A stretch of DNA of 24,000 bases from the NCBI RefSeq assembly GCF_900141845.1, contig NZ_FQZB01000006.1, positions 131,165 through 155,164 on the forward strand. The letters are read 5' to 3'. This stretch comes from Clostridium cavendishii DSM 21758 (lineage in GTDB: Bacteria > Bacillota > Clostridia > Clostridiales > Clostridiaceae). Below are positions 8,384 through 15,794 of this stretch, piece by piece (the first letter of the stretch is position 1; every line of letters begins with the position of its first letter). A program made the position numbers and the translations under genes. Under the pieces are notes generated by a model, which worked only from the letters and a program-made list of their open reading frames with translations, ran no database searches and was not told the DNA's origin.

Positions 8384-9025
8384 GCTAACAACCTCCTTAA
8401 ATCTCTTCTTAGCTTTTTCATCTCCAAACTTGTCAAATAAAGCATATAAAAGAGTTAAACATTTAGTCTTCTCTTCTTCATTTTTAATATCCTTAGCTAT
8501 CTCTATACTATCTAATGTAATATCACTTTTACTCTTTTCACTTTCCATAAGTGGAATGAAACTTAATGTCATAATATCTTGTTCGGTTAGCTCTTCTCCA
8601 TTATCTACTTTAGTTTTAATTCTTTCATAATTTTCATCCCCATTTAGCTTACTCATATAAAAGCATTCTAATGTATAATTTATCGAACCACAATTAATAT
8701 TTGTAACTACGTCCTTTATATCTGATGAATACACTACTACGGTTCTTATATTTTTTCTACTCATATAATGAAGAGATGCATCATAATACAAAAATCTTGC
8801 TATATCATCCCTTTTATCAGTAGTTTGAAACTCAAAATGCAAATAATCATCCGTCTCTGTATAAAATAGATAATCCATAGCACTAGTCTTAATATCTATA
8901 TTCTTAATTTCCGTTTGTGCTGGCTTTTTTAGCTTAACATCTAAGTTAAAAAACTCTGATGCACTATCCTTAAAAATCTCCATGGCTTTCTTGAATACAG
9001 CATCTTCAACCTTATTATAATCCAT
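8141..9025 (-). CDS. Rpn/YhgA-family recombination-promoting nuclease / putative transposase (PD-(D/E)xK), 294 aa
   Basis: The N-terminal half has the YhgA/Rpn pattern (…DYLFYTETDDYLHFEFQTTDKRDDIARFLYYDASLHYMSRKNIRTVVVYSS…). The C-terminal G-rich repeat plus helical tail ends in EDLEQYF. I prefer the ATG at 9023-9025 (MDYNKVEDAVF…), which has GGAAGGAG 7 nt upstream. The tracked 315-aa form starts at a TTG (9086-9088) with no comparable SD. Confidence 0.8.
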   Translation of the reverse strand: MDYNKVEDAVFKKAMEIFKDSASEFFNLDVKLKKPAQTEIKNIDIKTSAMDYLFYTETDDYLHFEFQTTDKRDDIARFLYYDASLHYMSRKNIRTVVVYSSDIKDVVTNINCGSINYTLECFYMSKLNGDENYERIKTKVDNGEELTEQDIMTLSFIPLMESEKSKSDITLDSIEIAKDIKNEEEKTKCLTLLYALFDKFGDEKAKKRFKEVVSMTDVGRMIYEEGKEEGISIGEANGETKGKADLLLKQLIRRFKKLPDGYREKILNLKLEQIEVIAGDIFELEKVEDLEQYF

Positions 9026-9227
9026 TTTAAAACTCCTTCCAAGTAGGCTTTTATTAATATATTTGCCAATTTGGGAGGAGTTATGCAAATGTATATTCTG
9101 TTTTGAAAATTAATTTAACTCGTTGTGCTAGTTAAATTATTAACTTCATTCTAACCTATAACTTCAAATCATCTTCTAATATTAACCACCTCATCAGTAT
9201 CTCCAAAATAGATTACCAGTATAATAT

Positions 9228-9266
9228 AAAGACTCCTTCCTACGAAATCCGTAAGAAGGAGTCTTT
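9228..9266 (-). terminator. copy A of the conserved two-tier hairpin; terminator candidate for the ATPase-deaminase operon
   Basis: 12-bp perfect outer stem (9228-9239 aaagactccttc / 9255-9266 gaaggagtcttt). Inner TACG/CGTA stem (9241-9244 / 9250-9253) with loop aaatc. Starts 11 nt after the deaminase stop (9278-9280) and is followed on the minus strand by the U-rich UAUAUUAUAC. Confidence 0.55.
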
Positions 9267-9277
9267 TAAATATATTC

Positions 9278-11938
9278 TTATTTTGAATACTTATTAAGCA
9301 CTTCGCATAAGTATTGATAATATTGAGTGTTAGAAAGCTTATTATCTATAAACGAAGTTTCCATACCTGACTTTCTTAACTTTTCAATCCACTCTAAAGC
9401 CTTTTCTTTACCAAACCCTTTATTAAGCATTCCATAATACATGTATGCATATTCATTACTGATATTTGTGTTAAAAATTAAAGGATTATCTGAATTGATA
9501 TTTATAAGTACATTATTTTCTTCAAAGCCTTCAACATTATTTATATTGTAAGCTTGGCTGTCAAATACAGCATCTAATTCTCCTATACTAGTATTCGAAC
9601 TTGGATTTATTTCAACTACTATTCCTTTAGTTGAAAGTTCATTTACCAATTCTCTTTTTACTTCATTAATTATTTCCTTTTGAATGTTATTTGATTGTAC
9701 ATAAATAGGCTCACTAATCTTATCTAAATAGCATTTACAATTATATGCATGAGTTATTTTTTCTGCATTCCAAATAGAACTTTGATGTTTTTCTATTTTT
9801 ACGCAAAGAACCTCATTATTATTTTCAATCAAGTTTTCAGCTGATTTTTTATAGTTTTCATTTTTTTGAAATTTATTAAATCTTAATTGGTAAGCTTCAT
9901 ATAACATAGGAATATTTATTCCATTCATGTTTTTAAATATATCCTTTGCCAATGAATATATTTCTCTTTCTAAAAACAGATTAACTGCCACATTTTTAGA
10001 AATAGAATTTGTGTATACTCCCCATACCCATAACAAGTTATCAAGATATTCTCCTCTAGGAAGTATTACTACCGTATTTGCATTTACCCACTTATTTGGA
10101 TCAATTCCTAGAGCTATAGCATGCCCTATTCTATCACCAGAATGAAACTTACAAAAGGTTACAACTTCATGTATTCTTCTTAACCCTGATAATATATGTC
10201 TAAACTCTTCACCGGCGTGGAAGGTATAGCATAGACTTTTATATCTTACACTACTTCCATCTTTTCCTTGCTTAATTAGTGAATCAATAGAACTATCTCT
10301 AGCCCTTTTGTATATAGGTGCAAATACCTGTACCGGAGTGTTATTTTCAAGATTTGCAGCATCTATTCCTAATATAAAGTATGAGAGATATGGTGATTCA
10401 TTTCTTAGATTCAATAAATTTTGAATCAAAACATCATAATCTTCTTGAATCTTTTTAAAAGAAATTTCACTTGGGTTACTTTTACCATCAAAAGCAAGCC
10501 AACATTTTTCATCTCCATCTTCATCTTTTCTTTTAATTAAATGAAATACTAATCCGATCCTAGGAAAATCAACATTACTATCTTCATTTGTAGAATATTC
10601 ATCATCTATAACCTTTTTATAAGCTGAAAGTATACTTAGTAAATTTTTTTTAAAATCACTTTCATTTTTAGATATACTAAACCTTAATTCTAATCTTTTT
10701 AAATACTCATTTTGAAATAAAGTTCTAAACAATAGTTCATAATATGCTTCATCGCTTAATCCACTGCTGCCCAAAAATTTAGTTGCTCTATCAAAAAAGT
10801 TTGAGAAATTATCCAATCCTTTTATAGTTGAACTTTGAACCACTTGTTGATAAAATTCATTTTTAATCCTAATATATTTTAATAAAATTTTAAATAAAAA
10901 TGGTTCTTTTGTTTCTTCATATTTTGTAAAAGCCTTCATTAAAAATACATTCTCACCATAAGTATTGATTCCTTTGCATTCAGTAAATATCCTAAACACA
11001 ATATCTTCTTTTTTATCATTATCTTTTATCTGATATTGTTTGTTTAAGTCTTCCAACAATTTAAGCAATTCAATATTAGTAATCTCTTTTTCTTGTCCAC
11101 TCACTACTAATAATATATTTTTAATATTTTTTAACTCACCTTTGCAATACTCCTCTATTGTTATATCTGAGTCATTTTGATATTTCATATAAAACATAAC
11201 TATATTCCTATATATAGCTGCTAATATGAAATATCTGTGAGGATTTTCTTTGAATTCTCCTTCTCCATTTTTAAAGTACTTAACTTTTTTAATATTTTTC
11301 GCTTTTATCCTTTGATTCATAAGCTGTTCCCAAAGCAATATAAAGTTAAACCCAGAATTAGCATGTAAATGATTTTCAGCTACACCTTTCACAAGTAAAT
11401 CATCTAACTGAGAATCTGCCAAGCTTATATCTGAATAATAGCCATCCAATTCTCTAAAATCAACAATGTTATTTTTAATCATATATAATATTGTAAATAA
11501 ATCCATAGAAATTATTGAATTTATATTACGAAACACTTCAATTTTCTTATACTCTTCATAAGGCCCTATAAATTCATCATCCAAATTATTTTTCCAATAC
11601 TTGTACACTATCTTTCCATTTCTGTGAGATATCAAAGTAGTAGTAAATTTTCTTAAATTTTCATAATAGCATTCATAAACTTTGTCTTCATTAATTTCTC
11701 TTTCTCTTAAAAATGGATAATACTTATTAAGAATTAAATAAACCTCATCCAAGTTTTTTATTTCAGATGTTTCACTTATTTTATAAACTAATTCTTCCAA
11801 TAAAAAACTTTTATTTTTCTTCTCACTAGGATCAGCTATTTTTAAAAATGTATCTTCTTCAAAAAAGAACAAATCTTTAAATGGTATCAATGCAACATTT
11901 AAAATTTCTCTAATTTTAGTATTCATTTGCATCTGCAT
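9278..11938 (-). CDS. rdrB: divergent adenosine-deaminase-fold protein (886 aa), RdrB-like (RADAR deaminase)
   Basis: All adenosine-deaminase signature motifs occur in the canonical order. NH190LH192 (nt 11363-11371). G524IDAAN. H574AGE577 (nt 10208-10219). DRIGH606 (nt 10121-10123). E776INPSSN782. S816D817NP (D817 at nt 9488-9490). The protein is far larger than a housekeeping ADA and sits directly behind a ~940-aa ATPase gene, overlapping it. Three in-frame ATGs (11938, 11932, 11926); GAGGA spacing favours 11932. Confidence 0.8.
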   Translation of the reverse strand: MQMQMNTKIREILNVALIPFKDLFFFEEDTFLKIADPSEKKNKSFLLEELVYKISETSEIKNLDEVYLILNKYYPFLREREINEDKVYECYYENLRKFTTTLISHRNGKIVYKYWKNNLDDEFIGPYEEYKKIEVFRNINSIISMDLFTILYMIKNNIVDFRELDGYYSDISLADSQLDDLLVKGVAENHLHANSGFNFILLWEQLMNQRIKAKNIKKVKYFKNGEGEFKENPHRYFILAAIYRNIVMFYMKYQNDSDITIEEYCKGELKNIKNILLVVSGQEKEITNIELLKLLEDLNKQYQIKDNDKKEDIVFRIFTECKGINTYGENVFLMKAFTKYEETKEPFLFKILLKYIRIKNEFYQQVVQSSTIKGLDNFSNFFDRATKFLGSSGLSDEAYYELLFRTLFQNEYLKRLELRFSISKNESDFKKNLLSILSAYKKVIDDEYSTNEDSNVDFPRIGLVFHLIKRKDEDGDEKCWLAFDGKSNPSEISFKKIQEDYDVLIQNLLNLRNESPYLSYFILGIDAANLENNTPVQVFAPIYKRARDSSIDSLIKQGKDGSSVRYKSLCYTFHAGEEFRHILSGLRRIHEVVTFCKFHSGDRIGHAIALGIDPNKWVNANTVVILPRGEYLDNLLWVWGVYTNSISKNVAVNLFLEREIYSLAKDIFKNMNGINIPMLYEAYQLRFNKFQKNENYKKSAENLIENNNEVLCVKIEKHQSSIWNAEKITHAYNCKCYLDKISEPIYVQSNNIQKEIINEVKRELVNELSTKGIVVEINPSSNTSIGELDAVFDSQAYNINNVEGFEENNVLININSDNPLIFNTNISNEYAYMYYGMLNKGFGKEKALEWIEKLRKSGMETSFIDNKLSNTQYYQYLCEVLNKYSK

Positions 11939-14735
11939 TGTCCTCTTCTTCAGGTAATTCTAAATCAAATTCTTTATAGAATAATTCTTCCTCAGCTTTT
12001 GCTTTCTTAAATGCTTCCTCTAAAGCTTTTTTCATTGAATTCTTTTTTTGCTCTAAATTTATAATCATTTCTGTTTCAGCTGAATTAACATTTCTATATT
12101 TAATATACTCTTGGATAATAAAATTAAATACAGGTTCTTCTATATCTAAATAAGCTTCTTTCTGTAATGTTTCAAGTAAATTTCTCGCTTCAATAACACC
12201 ATACCAAGCTGTACTCTTATAACCAAGATAACGAAGTTTTTCAACAATTTTTATGTAATCACCAATTGAAACTTTCTCTTTTTCACTTCCATCTTCAACT
12301 ATTATACTTTTAATAAATTCATGTGTTTTTCTATATACTGTTTTAGAATTATATTCAACATTATAAAATTTTCTAAATTCTTCTTTGAAATTTTCATCAT
12401 TTATATCTATAATATTAATCATCCCAACAACTACATCTATTTTTTTGTGAACTTCATCTCTTAACAGTTCATCAATCTTTGTTTTATTATTTTTTACATT
12501 TTGATTATTATCTAATTTCTTTAAAATTTTTATTATAGATTTAGATTCATTATCTAAGTTCTTCAAGTCTTGATCATTATTAACCACTATAATATTGTTT
12601 TTATACTTTTCCTTATTTATATAATTATAAAATAATTGTTTTTTATAGTTTTCATAAACTTTATATGCTTTATTATTTTTTTCATCTTTTTTTTCTGGGT
12701 TTTGCAATAATTGAATCTGATTTTCTGTATATTCTATATTCATCTCATAATCTTTACCTTTTAAAAAACTATATTGATTCAATATTTTTTCAATCTTTTC
12801 ATTCTCAATAGGCTCTCTTGATACTGAATCTAGAAATTCTATTATATGTTTATACTTTTCTCTATCTAAATACCAATTTTTAATCATGTCTCCATTATCA
12901 TAATCTAAAATTAAATTACATAAAATCAAATAAATTTGACGTTTTTCTTTAACACTTAAATCTTTAACTTTTTCATCATCTATTTTAATAATATTTTTTA
13001 GCTTTTCCATGAAAAATAAGGCAAACTTAAAATCAGTATTAAAAATTATCTGATCAATCCAATCATTAATTATTGGATTTTTATCTTTCATAAAATCTTT
13101 AAATTTTTCATTATTAAAGTTTACTTTATCAACATCTACATTTAAAATATTTTCACCTATATTAAATTTATATAAATAGAAAAAATATTTTTTAGCCTCT
13201 TCATATCCTACAACATTTGCTTTTGGCAATAACTCTTTAGTTGTTTGTAATAATATAAAGAAAGTTATATATCTATTTATATACTTTCTCTTTTCTTCTT
13301 TATTATTATCTTCTTTATCATCTTTCTTTCCTTTATCTTTATCAGAATTTAATTCATTTTTAAAACTGTTACTTAGCTTCTTTGTAAAAAGTCTTTTAAA
13401 ATCTATTATTGTATTTTCCTCATTTGATCCCCATTTGATATGCTTTTCATAAATCTTACTTTGATCTTTTATTAAGTCACTTGAAGAATATATAATTGTA
13501 TCTATTAACGATTTAATAAATACAAATCTTTTTTCATCATCTACAAATTCCTCTTTATCATATTTACTTAAATAATAAAATACATTTATTAAACCTCTTG
13601 GTGTTTTATCAAAAATTACATATGGTATTTCCGAGAAAATCTCGTCACTTTTTTTATTTTTCCTCTTAAATATATTGTCTTCACCCATCAAATCATCTAG
13701 TTTTTTATGCAAATATATCGTTTCATTTCCACTTTTATCAACTTGAAATGAAAAATTAGGTATACTCTTAAAATTCCATTTTATAACATTATGCCTAAAT
13801 GCAGGTGGTAACACCTTTTTTAAATATTCATGTGCTAAATATTTTTTTCTACTAATTAAATTATGTTTACTATCAAATAATTCATTATTTTCTACAAGGC
13901 TTGTTGTTGCTAACTTTTCATTTTCTAATAATGCTAAAGTTATAGATTCACTTAATATTTCATAATCTCCAGATAAAAAACATATTATATTAGGATGGCA
14001 AGTATAAGCCATTACTGCATCTATCAATTCTCTACATTTATTTGTTTTTAAATCGATATCATCTATTGTTATAATAATTAATGGCTCTTCACCTTTATTT
14101 AAGTTTCTTTTTACACTAATTAATTCTTCTACGAAAGAATGTAATTTATTGTTAAATTCATAATCAGGTGCTAAAATATAAGAATATTTCTCCTTATAAG
14201 TTTCCATATCACTATAATTTTTCATTATTAAATTACGATATTCAGCATCTTTATAACAATAATATTCTAGAACTTCATTATAACTTCTACTTAACTCATT
14301 ACTTTCTTTAAACCTACATTGATTAAAAAAATCTGAGAACTCTTTATTATCAATTTCATTTTTTTCTATTTCATTTTCTAGAGCTTGCATTTCTTTTTTC
14401 AAAACACCTAATATTGCTCCTAGTATCTTTGTACTATCTCCATATATATCTGGTTCTATTATTGGAAGAACGATATCTTTATTTCCTTCAGCTTCTAAAC
14501 TATTTAAAATAGTATACATAGTTGAAGTTTTTCCTGTTCCCCTTTCGCCAAATAATCCAATAGTATTATTGTATTGCTTCTTACTACTATTATCTCTTTT
14601 TCTATTTATTAACTTTGCTTGTCCTCTTATTTCTTCAATTTGATTGATTATATTATCATATGTAGGAACTATTAATTTAACTTGTACATCACTTAAAGCT
14701 CTGGCGCCTATAAAAACTCCATTTTTATTTTTCAT
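11916..14735 (-). CDS. rdrA: large P-loop NTPase (939 aa), RdrA-like (RADAR ATPase)
   Basis: Walker A GLFGERGTGK69TS (nt 14523-14549) and Walker B PLIIITIDD225-226ID (nt 14052-14063), both in the first 230 aa. About 700 further residues are K/N/E/I-rich with no recognisable motif. Size, position immediately upstream of the deaminase and the 23-nt overlap match RdrA. The family call rests on architecture, not on sequence identity I can verify. Confidence 0.7.
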   Translation of the reverse strand: MKNKNGVFIGARALSDVQVKLIVPTYDNIINQIEEIRGQAKLINRKRDNSSKKQYNNTIGLFGERGTGKTSTMYTILNSLEAEGNKDIVLPIIEPDIYGDSTKILGAILGVLKKEMQALENEIEKNEIDNKEFSDFFNQCRFKESNELSRSYNEVLEYYCYKDAEYRNLIMKNYSDMETYKEKYSYILAPDYEFNNKLHSFVEELISVKRNLNKGEEPLIIITIDDIDLKTNKCRELIDAVMAYTCHPNIICFLSGDYEILSESITLALLENEKLATTSLVENNELFDSKHNLISRKKYLAHEYLKKVLPPAFRHNVIKWNFKSIPNFSFQVDKSGNETIYLHKKLDDLMGEDNIFKRKNKKSDEIFSEIPYVIFDKTPRGLINVFYYLSKYDKEEFVDDEKRFVFIKSLIDTIIYSSSDLIKDQSKIYEKHIKWGSNEENTIIDFKRLFTKKLSNSFKNELNSDKDKGKKDDKEDNNKEEKRKYINRYITFFILLQTTKELLPKANVVGYEEAKKYFFYLYKFNIGENILNVDVDKVNFNNEKFKDFMKDKNPIINDWIDQIIFNTDFKFALFFMEKLKNIIKIDDEKVKDLSVKEKRQIYLILCNLILDYDNGDMIKNWYLDREKYKHIIEFLDSVSREPIENEKIEKILNQYSFLKGKDYEMNIEYTENQIQLLQNPEKKDEKNNKAYKVYENYKKQLFYNYINKEKYKNNIIVVNNDQDLKNLDNESKSIIKILKKLDNNQNVKNNKTKIDELLRDEVHKKIDVVVGMINIIDINDENFKEEFRKFYNVEYNSKTVYRKTHEFIKSIIVEDGSEKEKVSIGDYIKIVEKLRYLGYKSTAWYGVIEARNLLETLQKEAYLDIEEPVFNFIIQEYIKYRNVNSAETEMIINLEQKKNSMKKALEEAFKKAKAEEELFYKEFDLELPEEEDNADANEY

Positions 14736-14776
14736 TTTTTCTTTCCTTCCAATTTTTAAAATTTGTTATCTTATAA

Positions 14777-15262
14777 TTATTTAGTTTTTTCATTTTTTTG
14801 TTCTATATGTTTATTCCAATTATCAACGTCAGCTTTAGAAATATTTTTTATTATCTGAAGCACTTCATCATCATAATTCTTTTTCTCACTAGATTCGCTA
14901 CATTTAATTAATATTTCCATCAATCCATCACCAATATTTTCAACTGCTTGTCTATATCTTAGCCAAGATAATTTATAATTTTTTAAATATGATACTGAAA
15001 TTAAAATATTTATTAATACTGCTATAGCTGAGTTTATAATCTTTGTATTATCATTAAAAACATTCACTAATGGTATTATTGCGGTAAGAATTATTATACT
15101 AATATTAAATAAATTATACCTAGCTCTCCCCCCGTCAGCTTTATTTATATACCATTCCAACTTATAAAATGCTATATCGGATGTCATTTTTGTAATATAT
15201 TCTTTATTAGTTAAATCATCTAATATATTCTTATAAAAATTCAGCTCTGATGATTGCTTCAT
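14777..15262 (-). CDS. small 2-TM membrane protein (161 aa), SLATT/DUF4231-like; RADAR accessory (RdrC/RdrD-type) candidate
   Basis: Two adjacent hydrophobic helices (YNLFNISIIILTAIIPLVNVF and IINSAIAVLINILISVSYL, nt about 14981-15118) are followed by SWLRYRQAVENI, the W-x-RYR-x-x-E pattern I associate with SLATT/DUF4231. AAGGAG lies 9 nt upstream of the ATG. First gene of the operon, 41 nt before the ATPase start. Confidence 0.6.
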   Translation of the reverse strand: MKQSSELNFYKNILDDLTNKEYITKMTSDIAFYKLEWYINKADGGRARYNLFNISIIILTAIIPLVNVFNDNTKIINSAIAVLINILISVSYLKNYKLSWLRYRQAVENIGDGLMEILIKCSESSEKKNYDDEVLQIIKNISKADVDNWNKHIEQKNEKTK

Positions 15263-15794
15263 TATTTTTATCTCCTTTTTTATCTAGTAATAATTTATAA
15301 ATATAATATAAAAACTTCTTTTATTTACTTATTATTACACTATTATTTTATCACATATTTTCTCTTTTTCTACAATTTTAGATATTCATATACAACATTA
15401 TTACTTTATAGGCTCTTATGAATTCTTAAAATATAATAGAATAATTATATCTACTGGATCTGTAAAGCACTTAATCTAAAAAACATATTAATCTATTTTG
15501 AATATCTTTATATCTCAACATATTTTATTAATATTTTTAGAGTATTTTTCAATAAATTTAGATAAGCTTTTAAAATATAAAATTTTATAAAAACAATATT
15601 GTCCTGTTATATGAATTTCTGTCATATAATCATATAGATGATTCTGTTATTGGTGAAATTCTAATAATCTTTATAGTATACACTGCTGTCTAATTATTAG
15701 TAAATTTTACAATATGATTGTAATGATATATACTTTTATTATAATCAAACTTATAATTTTATTAATACTATAATTGTTGAAAGGAGTATTACTC
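15263..15794. promoter_or_regulatory. 0.5-kb divergent intergenic/promoter region between the SLATT-ATPase-deaminase operon (-) and the 333-aa orphan gene (+)
   Basis: No ORF of note on either strand. One plus-strand candidate is TTGTAA (15718-15723), a 16-nt spacer, then TATAAT (15740-15745), about 50 nt before the TTG start at 15795. Several other TATAAT strings occur here, so individual promoter calls are weak. I could not pick a convincing minus-strand promoter for the operon. Confidence 0.35.

Noticed and set aside
8316-8630. 104-aa plus-strand ORF in the track
   Set aside because: It lies entirely antisense to the well-supported Rpn gene. Its translation is low-complexity (S/L-rich), as expected from the reverse frame of a K/E-rich gene, and it has no SD. 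Spurious.
9026-9088. 21-codon N-terminal extension of the Rpn ORF (tracked start at 9088)
   Set aside because: The tracked start is a TTG with no SD. The ATG at 9023-9025 has GGAAGGAG at ideal spacing and gives the usual Rpn length of about 290 aa. The extension is treated as leader, not coding.
9169-9228. Peptide-like conservation after each hairpin on the minus strand (…YIILVIYFGDTDEVVNIRR* here; …CIIRAIYLEDNDDILITRV* at 8030-8088), resembling the C-terminus of a small toxin-type protein
   Set aside because: Neither copy has a usable start: there is a 1-nt indel between the copies just upstream, and no ATG in copy A. The similarity may simply reflect the duplicated leader DNA. At most it is the remnant of an old gene 3' end, and not annotatable.
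9927-10145. 72-aa plus-strand ORF in the track
   Set aside because: Antisense to the deaminase gene across its RIGH motif region, with no SD and no motif. Spurious shadow ORF.
15604-15650. Three CTGTYAT repeats (15604, 15619, 15644) and a TATATGA/TCATATA inverted repeat in the long intergenic region, as a possible operator
   Set aside because: The motifs are short, irregularly spaced (15 and 25 nt) and of a kind expected by chance in this composition. No partner DNA-binding specificity is known.
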